Assembly: GCA_021613535.1 (NCBI GenBank)
Contig: CP075497.1
Location: 6,758,001-6,822,000, forward strand
Origin: Adineta vaga
Lineage: Eukaryota; Animalia; Rotifera
DNA length: 64,000 nt
Direction of reading: 5' to 3'
Numbering within the stretch: the first letter of the stretch is position 1; each line of letters begins with the position of its first letter. This document shows, in pieces, positions 1 through 14,610 of this stretch. The position numbers were made by a program, and so were the translations under genes. The notes under the pieces are model-generated. The model saw only the letters and a program-made list of their open reading frames with translations. It was not told the DNA's origin and searched no databases.

Positions 1-3000
1 TACAAGAAAAATGATAAAATCAAATTTTCATTTTTATTTGTTCGGTAAAATCAAATTTACTTGTAATGGCATTTCACTATCTAAGACAAATTTGGGTACA
101 AGTTTTGTCCATGCTTCAAATTTCTTTGTTTCCGGATCAATATAATAATCGAATACAGTACCTTGTATTGGAAATTTGACTGATTTGAATTCAGTTACCC
201 ACCATTTTGAAAATTCTAATCGATGATCAGTCAATTGATCTTGAAATAATGCTGAACCAAATGCCCATACACAAGCAAAAACGAAATAGAGTTCATACAA
301 TTCTTTAGGACAATCCGGTGGTGTATTTGAGGGTGTTAACATACATTCAAGTAAACGACATAACATATGAATATGTGCACCTTCGACAATAGGTGTAATT
401 TTTTTGAAACGAGCTTTAACAGCATCAAGACACATGGGTACGTATTTATCAAATAAAATTGTTAAATTCGCACGTTCAGATGTTAATTCACGTGTATCAA
501 TCCATGAAGCTACTTGAGGATTCCAACCAAGATCAGCAGGATTAATATATAAAATACCAGCACGTGAGACAGTAGCTGGTGTAGCTGTACGTAAATGACT
601 GATTTCAAAAAGAAGACGCATGGTTGGATTCAATGGGATACGTTCATTACTAGCTAATGTCAAGACTTTATTATCATCCATAACAGTATTTAATGATTCA
701 ATCCACATAGGATCAATGTCACCGTCGAGTACAATCCATTTTGGTCCTTAGAAAAAGAAAAATTTACAAAATTGATATGTTTAATTTTCATTTCTTACCA
801 TCAGATTGTACATTTGCTAAGTCACGCATAGTTGTAGAAAATAATCCATCTTTCCATTCACGTGTTGCTGGATTGATAATACCGAAAAGTTCATCATTTG
901 TTACAGCTTTTGGATTCAGATCGATAGCAACTGGTTTACGTTTTTGATTATGATAAGTACGATTTAATACTTTCCAAATTTGTGATTTGCCTGTGCCAGC
1001 ATTACCAACAATAAATACTGAATGACGTACTTCAAATAATTCTTGTAATTGAACAACTTTGAGAATAAATGAATCTTCTGGTTGAAGTTTAAGATCAACT
1101 GTAGCTTGTTTAATTAATTTTTCGAATTCAAGATTTCTATAAATTATAAATATATGTATAAAAGAAACGCAAGATATGGTTTTCATTAATCTTACCGTTT
1201 ACGTGGTACATCAAGTGCAGGAAACAGATCACCAATTAAACCCATAAAGACAGGCATATCATCTGTAACTATTTTTGGTATATTGAAATCACGTAAAGCA
1301 CGCATTAACACTTGATCTTCAGGTCGACCTGGATCGGATCGTCGAAGTGCACCAGCAACGACTAAGACAGATTTAATAGCTCGTAAACCCCAATCATAAT
1401 GATCCTAAAATATTTCTCAAAATTTAATTATCACTGAATGTACAATAAACATACTTGTTTCGATAATAATTCTTTACATAATGAATAGAGTGTAATAAAT
1501 TTTCGAGCTAATAAACGAGCATCAGTAAAACCTTCTGCAACCATCATAATTTCAGAAATTAAATCAAAATCTGGGACAACCATAGCACATGGACTAGAAA
1601 ACAATAGATGTAATTCGAATAGAAAAATGAATTCGATTTAGTTTTACCGAAAGAGTGCTTTCAAATTTTCGGGTAATTCAGTTCGACCAGCATAACCAGG
1701 ATTCATTGTAATAAAAAGACCAACAGTACGATTAAGACGAATATCTTCGCCCATAAATGAAAATCGTAATTTCTTTTCTCGAATAGCATCCTAAAATTAA
1801 AAGAAAAATAAATCAATAAAATACTTCCCAAAACGATATCATTTACTTGAATAGTTTTCACTTGTACAGCAATAACAGAAAGTACTTCAACAGAAATTCG
1901 ATTGAATTCATCGAAACAACCCCATGCACCTTAAAAATATTCAAAATTTTCATTCCATAAAACAAAATCAAGTCGAATCATTTACCTGTTTGAGCTAATC
2001 CTTTATAGATATTACCACATGATTTATAATCCATCTGTTCTGAGCAATTGAATACATAGACCATAATACCTAAAGCACGTCCTAAATCTTTCGTTGTTTC
2101 CGTTTTACCCGTTCCAGCTGGACCAGCAGGTGCACCACCCATAATTAAATGTAACGATTGTGTTAATGTAATATAACAACGATCTGTCAATGGTGTAATA
2201 ACTAAACGTGGTTGATTACCAAGATATTCATGAGCATAACGAAATTGTGCATCACAAATATTAGCAAAACAATCTTTTTCTTTTTCATCCCATCGATGAC
2301 GTAACTGACATTGCCACATAAAATCATTGACACTTTCACATTTACTTGCAATCAATTTCGTAACGACATCACGAGCATGGACATCGATCTAAATTGAAAC
2401 GAAGAAAATGCCTTATTTTTTTAACAAGTTCAATCAACTACGTACAGTACAAATAGTCATAATCTTTTGTCGATCTCCAGCCGATAAATCACCTAGTAAA
2501 TGTACAATCAATGCATTCAATTGTGTGACTTGTTTACGATAGTAATCTTTCAATGCATTTTCATAACCTTCTTCTAATTTAGCAAAAGCAGCACAAACTT
2601 CAACAGTCCACCAAATTTGTGAACCAGTCAATGCAACTTGAGCAGGATAATCCATAATCCATTGATCACGTGCTTTATCTTCATAAGCACCAACAGCTTC
2701 AGTTAAATGATGTCGTACTGTTTCACATTGTTTTTCAAGAAGTCTACAAAAAAAATTGTATAATATTAAATCAAATGTTTCGCATGATTTTACCGATTAA
2801 GCCAAACTTCAACTTGACCATTAAGATCACATGACGATGGAAATGGCATATATTCTCCATCTTTCGCCCACATAGCTGTTGCAATTTTAGTTGTATGACC
2901 ACGTTCTTCAGTTAATTTCAATTTTGCCATTGAGTCAAATAATTTTGTTAAATGACGCATAACTTTTTCGGGTTCATTACCATTTGATAAAATATCAAGT

Positions 3001-6000
3001 AGATCAGCAGCTGAAACGAAATAAAATCTAAACAAAGAAAAAACAGTTTAATTGAGACACTTTTTTTTTGAAGGAAAAAAATCTCTTACCTTGGAAATGC
3101 TAATCGTTTTGTTTCGAGATAATCAGCTAATGCTTTTTCACACAAAGATAATCTTGCTTTAATATCTTCTAAACGATCATTTAATTTTTCACGATTTGTA
3201 CAACGAACAACATTTAAATCTTTTCCATTCTCTTCAGATGTAGCACGAAAATCTTTATCAATCGTATCGAAACGTCGTGAATCTTCTGGTAATTGATTAC
3301 GAATATCTTGTGAACCAATAAAAATCGATTCCAAATGTGACCATGTCTTTTGTACTTCCATGAGAATATGAATAACTTGATCAGCTTGTGATAAACTTCG
3401 TTGCCAATCGGTGACTTCTTTTAGAAAATGTGCGATATATTTCGATGTTAACATATTTTGTAATTGAACTTGATTTTCTTCTAAGACTTCAATTAATTCT
3501 TCTTGAACAACAATTAATGGTAATTTCGTACGTGTATGTGGTTCGAGTGTAAATTCCATTGATTTCCATGTATTATCTAATTCCCGTAAGACTTTTTCCA
3601 TGGCCATTTCTTTAACTGCTTTATCGACAATATTTTTAACTTCATCTTCATATTGATGGAGACGTAAAGCAACGAGATCAGCGAATGTTGTCGAATCAGT
3701 CATTTCAAATTGAACACCAGTTGCTTGCATTAATTCCAGCCAATGGCGTTCACGAATAGCTGGATTTTGTAATTCAGTGACAGCACGTAATGATGTCATC
3801 ATATTTTTGACTGCATCATCAAGACCAGTATAAGCATTCCAAGCGCGCATTTCTTTATCCAGAGCTAAATTGAATCTCACATGAAATATTAACAAAATGT
3901 TAAATCAAATTATTTTACCTCGAATATCTTTTGCGAATTTTTTACATTCTTGATCCATCTATTTTGTATAGAAAAAGAAACATGATTTGATTAAATAAAT
4001 TTGCAGATTAAACCTACCGTTTCCGCATTAATTTCACGCCATTTTGTTTTTTTCCAATCGTCGAATTGTGTTCGAACTAAATAGATGTAATCCCAAAGTT
4101 GTTTGAGTAATTTAATTTCTTTTCGACATTGTTTAACTTGTTTAAAGTCTGGTACAGTTACTTCAAATAAGGCTGCAGAATTATTTAATCCTTGCATTTC
4201 ACCTTCCATAGCTGTAACTTTTGCATTAGCTTGATCTAATTTTCGATATACTTGTGTTTGATCATATGCATAAGGTACTTCTTTACGAAATTGTTCTCGA
4301 AATTCATATTGTCGAACATCAAAGGTCGCAACTTTTCGACGAAGATTAGCGACTTCATTGGTTTGTAATGGTGCTACTTGTTGTTTAGCTTGAAGAGCAA
4401 GTTTCTTTGTATTTGCCCATTTTTCTGGTAAAACATTCAAACGTTCATAAACATCATCATGAATTTCTTGTCCATAAGTTTTTAAGAATTCAAGTTTTTG
4501 TTTAATTGGTTCGAACATCGCATCAAATTTTGTTTGTTTTTCACGTACAGCACCAAGATGAGCCATAACATCGACTAGTGCATTATAATCTCCGTCTTTG
4601 ATTGTTACACTCAGACCTTTATCATGTAGTTTGATAAAATCAGATAATTCTTGTAAACTAAAACAAGAACAAAAAGTTTGAAATCTTTTCTTTTCTTTTG
4701 GATTATTCTTACCTGTTAGTTACATCATCGATTAGATGTTGTTTGAACATAAATGACCATTTCTTAGCAATATTGAGTAAAGCTTGTTTAAATGGTCGAG
4801 AATCGACTCGAAACCATTTATCTAAAATTTTCGTATCATCAAATTTACTAACTTCATCATAGATGCCTTCATATGTATCAACTTGTTCTTTGAATTGTTG
4901 TAATGTTGGTGGATTTTGTGGCACACCTTGTTCACTATTAGCATCGATTTCTTCCTGCGTTAAAACATGTCCATAGAGTAAGAATTGTCGCATAAATTCC
5001 TGTCGATCATCCACCCACAGATAAGCATATTTATTAAACATCGCACGATATTCATTTGCTTTAGTAATAACAGCATTAATACGATCAATAAATTCTGTTC
5101 GAATATCTGATAAATCATGCATATGTTCTAATGCATCTTGATAATTTCCTTGTTTCGTATGACTGGCAAGACGTGGAATTAATGAACCTTGTTTATAAAT
5201 TGTACTAAGAAGATCTTCAACTAATTCTAAGAATGTATTTTTATCACTTTCATCCATCGATGGATTAAATACCATATTTGGTTGCTAGAAAAGACAAAGT
5301 TTGATTTCGAAATCATCTGTACAATAGTATCAAATTACTTGTAATTGTAATTGTGCTTCGAAAAGTGGATCAGGATTATTTACTGGATCTGTTTCACGCA
5401 TGAAAAACATTAGATTACAATAAATAATCTTTTTAAATCCTTCTAAAACCATTTGATCAACATAATCGACATAGTTTCTCCAAGCATCCGTATCGAAATT
5501 TTCAACTTTAAGTGATTTACCATTCTCTTCTAATAAACCATGAATTTTCTTTCCTGCTTCATCAATTTCTTTATAACGAGTATTTAATCGTTGTTCTTTA
5601 TCATCAAGAAACAATAGTGTCGATTTGCCTTCTGATCGTTTGTATAATGGAACATCCTGCCAAGTTGACATTAAACGTTGAATTTGTTCAACATTCGCTT
5701 TCGCCTTATGTAAACGATTTTCTAAATCATGAACTTCTGAACGTGTTTTGACAATATAATCTCCAATTTCTAAAAACAAACCGATAAAAATCATTTTTCA
5801 TTTCATAAATCGAATATTTTTCCTTCGAAATTGTGTGTGAATGAAAAGAAACGTAACGAAACATTGAGAACAATCATGCGAAAGAAAACAAACCCTTGTA
5901 TAGTTTAGATTCAACTAGGAATAATTCTATGCATATATATATAGATATAAGTAATTCGTTTTTATATCGATGTATAAATGAGAAAATGAGCGAAGAAATT

Positions 6001-8925
6001 CCAAGAAAAAACATGATCTTTACCTGGTGCTGCCCATGTTAAAGTTTTTTCTGCTTGTGTTAAATTTTGATCAATTTCGTCGAGTTGTTTTTGAACAAGT
6101 GGCTTTTCAACATCAAGAACTGTCAGACGAATTTTATTGTAGGATGTTGTTGTATAATCAAGATTTGTCACATAATTAATAAATTTTTCATTTTCATCAT
6201 ACATTTTCTTAGCTTCTTCAGGAATTTTCGCTGTACTACCAACTTCTGTTGTTTGTTGCATATATTTAACTTCGCGCAAAACACCGATTAACTAAGAAAA
6301 TTAAAAGAATTTTATTGAAAAGATCGATAATGAAGATTTACTTGTGGATCGAAATTTGTTTTGACAAGTTTGGTGATCTCGAACGAGTAAATTTTGTTTT
6401 AAATTAAAATTAGCAGCTTGAACCACTGTTTTTGCCCATTCAAGAAAGATACTTTGAGCGAAAGCATTCAATAATTCAAGTAATTCAGCGTGTTTAGCAA
6501 TAGCACGTTTGCCTTCATAAGTATCTTTTGCACTAGAGAAAAAGAAATCGAATTTATCATTTATTTTTCAGTGAACTGATACTTACGCATATTCAAGTTT
6601 TAAAAATGAATCCATTGGTTCATTAATACGATCTTTCATTTCATCGACCCTATAATTAACATGAAATTTCCTTCGAGAAAACTAAATAAAGAAAAAGATT
6701 TTTACCATTCTAATGACCCAGCAACCGGTGGTTGATTTCGATGTAATTCAATAGTTCCATGTTCTCGTTTATGTGCCATTTGTCTTTCATAAACTTCATG
6801 TGCAGCATCAATTTCTTGTTCAACTGAAATTGTTAAACGATCATAATTTCGAGCGAATGCTTCATAGATAATTGGTCTTTCTAACATTGGAGTAAACATT
6901 CCAACGAGTTTAAATTGACTACTCAAACAATTTGAATCATCGAATGCTTGATTAATAATTGCAGCTAATTTCAATTCCATATCTCGAAGGAATTGTTTGA
7001 AACGTACAATATCCTCAAGAAATTCCTGAACAAAAAAAGAGTTGAGATGAAAAAAGAATGTGAAGAATTTGATAAAAATCTACATACGTCAGATGATGGA
7101 TCTAATGGATCATATTTCTTATTACTCATTGTTTCAAATTCATCTTTAAATTGTTCGAAAATATTGAATACTAATGATGTCAATGTTTTGCCTTTTGTTC
7201 CTGAAAAAAGAAAAAGTATCGATATTTCATTCTGACATATTCATTTCTCTAACCTCCAATTTCGACTTTTTCCAATCGAAGAAATTCACTAGCTGTTAGA
7301 AATAGATCTTGAATAATTCGTACACGTGCCATAAATAGATCCCATTTAGCAAAGACTAATTTCGGTGAAAAATCAAATTCTTTAACGACTTCACCATTTT
7401 TGAAATAATTTTTCAAATTTCCTTTGTATTGTTTATATGCATTTTCATATGCTTCAAGTGCACGAACTGTTTGATTGATCTTTTCCATTGATTCATCTGG
7501 TTCACCTTTGAATAAATCAAGTGGTTCCATGAATTCCGAAGCCTAAAAATTGAAATCAATAAAATCGTATTCTTTTTTCAATCTTATGAATTATACTTGT
7601 TTCATAATTAGATTATTTAATTCTTGTAATAAAACGATAATACGTGCTGGTCGACGATAGGCTTTACAATTAGCCCACATTAAACAGATTGCATGAAACA
7701 TAGGTCCATAGAGTGATGAAGTTTCACCAAAATCAGTTGTTTCAATTCCATCAAAATGTTGTGCAACTGGTTTAAGATAAAGATCAATTTCTTTTGCTTC
7801 ATCTAATGATTCATTAACATCATTTAATAACGATTCAAAAGCTGGATAATAACTAGAATTTGTTTTTTGTAATAATTCAGCCATTTTTTTCACACGTGGA
7901 TCATTTAACTATGAAGAAGAACAAATTTTAACAAAGAAATATGTCATCAAGAAAAATTCTTACTTGTTCATAAATGCTTAAGAGATTGTTATATCGTGAT
8001 CGCCAAAATTCGACTTCTACACTTGGTAATGGACTTCCACCATCTAATAGTGCTTGAGATGAATCTTTTTTCAAAACATCTTGTACTTGATGTGACCAAT
8101 CGATAACAACTGATTCAATAGCATGCAATAATGTACTATCAACTGCAGGACCATGACCATTATCTTGACTTCCATTACCCATATCATCTATAACACGTTC
8201 AGCACCAACTGGAACTGGTAGAAGTGTTTTTCCTATAAATAAAATTGATTATTTATGCCATTCTATAAGATCCTTTTTTTCCTGTTGCTAAGAAACGAAT
8301 TGTAAGTCTTATGACTCGAACACCAATTCTGTTGCTTACTTAGCAACCGATAAACAAGTTTTTTGGAAGAATATGAAATAAACAAACCTTTCATTTGTCC
8401 ATTGAGTATATGCACTTTACTTTTGATACCCATTGCATGTCGAAGAATATCTTGTGAGAGAACTTTTGGCCAGGCTTCATTATTCGATGGATTTTGTAAA
8501 ATAGGAATAAGTAACTAGAGAAAATTTACATCGATATGAATGTGTTTTCAATAAATAAAACAATTTACTTCATCAATCATGGCTGATAATTGTTCGACTG
8601 GTGATGTTGATAAATCACCGTACATGATAACATCACGTAAGATGGCATCTTTAGGAACTGCTTCACGACGTTTTTTGATAAAATAACATGTTTTATTTTT
8701 CACAACACTTGGAAATGCTGTACTCGGTTGAAGTGAACCGGCTGTTGTATATTGAATGATAAGAATTTGATTATCAGCTTTGTCAAAAAAGTCGTGTAAC
8801 ATTATTTTGCATTCTTCGGTCGCATACATTTTACCGAATTTATCTGACTTAAGTTTCAGAGTTTTCAGTACATAATCAGCAACAAAATAGATCCGAGGAT
8901 CATTTAATTCGAGTTCTTCAGCCAT
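1..8925 (-). CDS. Axonemal dynein heavy chain, outer-arm beta type (DNAH9/11/17 group); multi-exon, N-terminal tail through AAA2, 3' end beyond the window start
   Basis: About 17 colinear minus-strand ORFs linked by short introns. N-terminus [26 protein letters not shown]; tail and linker motifs ([25 protein letters not shown]); AAA1 P-loop [10 protein letters not shown] with [12 protein letters not shown]; AAA2 P-loop GNAGTGKS; [23 protein letters not shown]. Confidence 0.97.
8233..8387. promoter_or_regulatory. Putative ciliary enhancer (RFX X-box-like and forkhead motifs) in enlarged dynein intron 2
   Basis: 155-nt intron, versus ~55 nt typical, containing GTTGCTAAGAAAC (8284-8296), GTTGCTTACTTAGCAAC (8331-8347) and TAAACA motifs (8351, 8379). 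Confidence 0.4.
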
Positions 8926-9164
8926 TTTGTCTTTGTCACAGACAAATTTGAACAGCTGTTGTATCGATTAACAATAATGAAAAGATTCTAATACGAATTT
9001 TTCTTTTTCTTTTTGCTCAACGACCAGACGATGCTAAAGAAGACGAGTGAAAAGTGCTTTGAGAGAAAGAAAGTAAACTATGGCGACGAATAGCGAAATA
9101 TATTTTAAAAAATGAGAGAAAAGTTTTTTCACTCTATATATATTTTTAATGTAATGTATAGACT

Positions 9165-9277
9165 ACACACACACACACACACATTTGCTATTCTCTCCGT
9201 TAACAGTTTCTCCTTGTTTCTACCTTGTTCCGGTCGATGAAATGAATGTATGAGAACAAACAGAGAGAGAGAGAGAG
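9165..9277. repeat. (CA)n and (GA)n microsatellites
   Basis: acacacacacacacacac at ~9165-9183 and agagagagagagagaga at ~9262-9278. Confidence 0.85.
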
Positions 9278-10274
9278 AAAAAAGAACAAATAACAATCTA
9301 TCCTACCACTACCACCTAACTTCTCAACAATCGGTTTCTATGCACACAGATGAACTGATGTTGTTGTTTTATAAAACATTACTTCACTCCATTATTGAAA
9401 AAAAAACGAAGAACGAAAAAAGAAGACGACGATGAAATATTTTGTTTCGATTTATTGATTAAGTAAAAAACATTACTGCTAAGGACAACAATCAGCAATG
9501 ATGTAACAGATGAAAAGAGATTCATCGAAATTTATGCAGATATAATGAATCAGTTCTTTTGGAAATTCTAGAACTCTATCAGTACAAAGTTAAGGATGAA
9601 ATTATTTTTCTAGTTGAACGAACTTCTATTTATAAAGAAATTTAAATTTCATTAAAACTAAAGCATAAGTATATTTAGCTATTGACTTTCTCTTGATTAC
9701 ATTATATGAGAAGTGAATTGAAGATATTGTTAATAACCATGAGCTTTTTGTAATGAATATCGATAAGTTTCTTTTCCTTCATATTGGCACGAAAGAATCA
9801 CTATTATGAATATTCTCTTTCTCTTAAGTAAATATACACGACGGATCATTATTCAAACCATAACTTTCTTATTGTATATTCAATGAACATGTCAAATGAA
9901 TTCCGTAAAATACTCAATAATACCTTGAATGAAATTAAGTTTTTTCTAATTAAGAAAAATGACATGAAAATTTTCTTGTTTTTCTGTTAAAATATGAATA
10001 ATGACTATCGATGATTGTTACTTATACAGAATTTGTCTATCTTTTCATTGTTATCAATACATTTACAATAGGATCGACAAGAGATTTGATTCATTTATAA
10101 TTGTGATATTTTATTGTCGAAAAAAAAAGTTGCTCGCTCAACAAATTCATGCAGGCAACAATGAAATTATTAATAAGTAAATGTACAATACACAAAAATA
10201 ACATTTTGTTTATCTGACAATTTCTTATTTTTAACACGATAATACTATCTGATCAAGAATATCAAATTAAACGA

Positions 10275-13200
10275 CTAGAGAACTCGACGACGACATTCAG
10301 ATGAACCACAATTACAATCCATTCGACGTCCAGCGATTTCACCGACGGTATAATTATAATCCCAACTAAATTATAAACAATAAAACAAATCATTAGACAA
10401 AAACTAAAACACAAATCTTATCTGTACCATAATTCTGTTCCTGCTCGAATTGTTTTCGTCGTAAAAAATCCAATCCATGGAAAATGTATGTCATGTGTCT
10501 AGAAATGTATTAAACAAGAAATTCATTGAATATGCCGATTTGAAATTCAAATAACATACATCAACAAAAACGTTTTGTACTGCAATATTTGGTGAACATG
10601 AATGATTAAAATATCGACCAATATTTCCAATTAATTTCGCATCAAGTGTATAGACAACTCCATCATATTCGGGTAATAATGTTCGATTTAACATTGAATT
10701 ATTATTTGTCTCTTCTAATGTTACTTTCGGAGGTTTTTTTGTTGTTTTTTTATTTGATGTTTCACGTGAACGCAAATTTCGTGTTCGAGTATTCACTAAA
10801 ATTCGATAATAGAACATCTATTCATCATAAATTAATAGATCCTATACTTGTTTCTGTATTTGTCGAAGGAACTTTATTCTCATCATCTTCTTCATCGGAT
10901 TCTAAATGTATACCACCCTCTTCATCTTCGTCTGAGTCATCATTGATATTCTTTTTTTTTGTAAAAAGAAAAACAAAAGCAATGAAAATAGTTTTTGTCT
11001 TCATACAAAGATTTTACTTCGAAAAAATCTAAATCTGCTTGATATTCATCACCAATCAATTTTCCTCTTTCATCTGCTTGTTCACTCGTAAATATTTCAC
11101 CTGAATATACACTAATAAATGTTCCTAATGGAAGATCATGTAATGTTCGAACACCCCAACCACGACCCACAGTTTTAAATAACTAAATGACAAATCAAAA
11201 AAGAGACAATCAAGATTCAAAGTGATTTTGAATTTTAACAGAAAAAAAAACAAATCATTACCTGTAATTGAGCAATAATTCCATTTTGAACGACTCGATT
11301 TGAACATGTATCTTTATTACATGAACATCTACTATTACATTCATAAATACCTCCAGGTGCATTTTTATATAAACGTCGAAAACCATAACCAAGTTGATAG
11401 AGAATTTCTGCTTGACTTTTATGTTTCTTTTTCATTGCTTTAACACGATCATCTCCAATTAATTCGGCATATTTCAATGTACGTAACCAACCTATTATAT
11501 ATATATATTTGTGAACGAAAAAGGTCAACTATCAATAACTTACAAGCACATTGAATTCGATTTCGACAACCATCTGTACATGAACAACAAGTCATCGTTG
11601 GATCGTTAATCACCATATCAACTCCTTCAACAGGTGTTCGTTCAACACGATAAGTAAATGTTGAACTTGGTTGTTCATCATCAACTTCATTAACAGCTGA
11701 AATTGGAACATTTTCTTGACCATTTGATATATCTGAATTGATTAGTTTTCCATCTGAACAATACGACTGTTTGATATTAACTAAACTATCAAAGACAAAT
11801 AATTCAATTGATAGTCTAGATTGCGTTTCATGAAGATAATTATCAACTTGTGCTTCATTCGAAAGTTTTCTTCCACCTAAAACGAAATAAAAAATTTGTT
11901 TTTATAATTTTTTTAATGATTATTTAAAAATAACAAACATGGAGCACGATAGATTAAAATTGCTCGTATATTTTTCACACGAACATCATTTGCTTTTTTG
12001 ATTCGTATAGTTTCAAGAATTGTCCATTGACATGCAATTGGTTTTAAATATGGATTCATTGTTCTTGGCAATTGTGAGAAATATTTTTCTGCATACTTCA
12101 CACATTTATGAGAACAATAATGTGGAGTAAAATCTTTTGAATAATGTAATAGGAAATTTTCTGTTAATTCGAGAAATAATGGATTAATAACCATTTTTGG
12201 ATTTGAATGTGTCTATAATGTACAAAAATAAGACGATTCAATTTTCAGTTCATTGGTTTTTTTTCGATGATAGAACCTACATGAATAGGACGTGATTGTA
12301 CGGATGTAATAATATGATCTGTTGTAGAAGTATGATTTGTTGAACAAGGTTGAAGTGCAAGTGATTCAGTTGAAGTAGGTACGGATTTTGATACATCATG
12401 TTCAGATGGTACTCGAGCACGTTTGATAGGTCCTAAAGAATGGTAGTGATATGAACAAAATAAGCATAATAAATGACAATGTTTCATAATAGTTCTGTTC
12501 TTAGTTTGCTTACTGAAAGAAAAAACGGATAACTCCCTTACTTGTTTCATCAATTGCTTGATCTGCAGTTCGAACATTTTTCGTTTTCATCTGATCATTC
12601 AAACAGATGATTTCTGGTGCATTAGTTTTTCTCGCTGATAAATGTTGTCTTGCTGAATGTCTACCTAATCCATGAATGTTAACTTTATTCTGTGTAATAT
12701 AATAATTATTCATTTGTTCAATTAATGTTGAACCACGATAAATCCATGAACGTTGTTTTGTATTATTTACTTCAATTAGCATCATCGAACAATCAATCTG
12801 TATAACAGTTGCTTGGAGAAAAGCATTTCGATTATTCGAATTAAAATTTCGTATTTTAACTGTTGTTCCTTCTTTTGCGCGTAACATTAAACGTTCGGGA
12901 TAGGATTTAAAATAACTATTGAGGAAATTATTTTCACATTCGAACGTTTGATCAAGACAAATATGAATTTCAGATGAGAGATGATAACTCGCTGATATAT
13001 TTTCATTATCTTCAGTAAAAAATATTAAACAACGATAATTATTATTCTTTCCCGGTTCTTCACCAATTATACCATAACGACGTTGTTTTGTTTGATGATC
13101 AACAATCATTACTCGTAATTTTAATGGTAAAATGATATTCTTTTCGCACGCTTTACCAAAATAAAGATAGTTTGTTGGTATTTCATAGGTTTTTTTTGTT

Positions 13201-14116
13201 AATTCATCTAATATATCAACTTTTTTCGTATTCACTAAATCAGCAATGAATGTATTAGTTATGCCTATAGCTGGTAAACGTAAATCATGATGATTTTGAA
13301 TGCAAACTGGTGTAGATAAGAAAATCATATGTATTGCTTTATAATTCACATGAATGGGTTGTGCAGGCGTTGAACTTAAATGAATAATTGAATCATCTGA
13401 AAATTGCGGATTATTATTGAATAATAAAAACAATTTTTGTATAATATCGTTATTTTCATTTAATTGTTTGGAGATTTGTTCGATTTTGAAATGATTTAAT
13501 TGTTCTAATTCATAGATAATTGCACGAAAATATTGAATAGTAAAACAATTCTTGAAATTTTCTATAAGATAATTTGTATAATTTTCTAGAATAGATTTCG
13601 AATGAGATTCCGAACGAATTGAATTGGAAAGAAGTTTATCAGAGAAAAAGACATCATCCATTTCTAAATAACGTTGCATACATAATTTACTAAACGTTTC
13701 TAACCATTTATAATCAAGTTTTTGACGATTAATTGTCGAAAATAATAAACGATAATCATCAGGTTTTAATAAATCAAATAAACGTAAGAGAATAGGTTCA
13801 ACTGTAGATGATTGACGAAGTTTTCCTAAAAATTAAGAACATCCTTTTCATTACTATCTTCTTTTAGAATAATCAAAAATCAGTCTATCACTTCCCGATA
13901 GAAATGCATCATTGAAAATAATAAGCGATATTTAGTTTTATTACTCATACACAATTCCTCTATCTTGTAACTTTCACTTACGTAGATATAGTCGTTCATC
14001 ATCGAATGGTCTCAATACATTCTCAATATCCATTCTAAAGAAAACAAAAAAGTCTAAAAATCGATAACTAATCAATTTTACCGTAGTAAACTAAATCTTT
14101 GTCCATCATTTGGCAT
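10275..14116 (-). CDS. SETDB1: SETDB1/eggless-family histone H3K9 methyltransferase (Tudor-like, MBD, pre-SET, split SET, post-SET); start codon approximate
   Basis: Tudor-like region ([21 protein letters not shown]); MBD IYRAPC|[14 protein letters not shown]; pre-[15 protein letters not shown]...CCSCTDGC...[10 protein letters not shown]; [27 protein letters not shown], insert, then [19 protein letters not shown]; EL.WDYNY; post-[16 protein letters not shown] with stop at 10275-10277. Confidence 0.95.
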
Positions 14117-14610
14117 GTTCTTCTCAAAATTTCAGGTAATAATCTAAAAATTATTTGTATACGAAAATTGTCATAAGACAAATATAAAAGAACTCTTTGT
14201 TTTTTTTTATTGATGTTTTTGATATCGTGCAATCTCGTTTGTCAGAGACAAAGAAATATCGTGTCAAACGAGTAGAAAACAAAGTGATAAATAATTTTTC
14301 GTGTTTTACAAAGCAGACGAGCAAATCAATGACACATAGTTTAGAAGGAAGAAAAAGTAAGAGAGCTTAATAAACACTCGTTATTGCTCAATTATAGGCA
14401 GCAAATCGAATTAAAAAACAATTGCGCAAAAAAAAAACAAAATTCAACACAAAAAAAAGAGAGAAAGAGACGAATTTTTGTTTAGATTTGCTATTTACAT
14501 CAACGAAGAAGCAGATTTTGTTGAGATTTATAAAATAAGAAACTGTTCGTAAAGATTTTCTTTTCTGTCGTAAAAATAGAGTTATTCTTTTCTTTCGAGA
14601 ATATTCTTCT

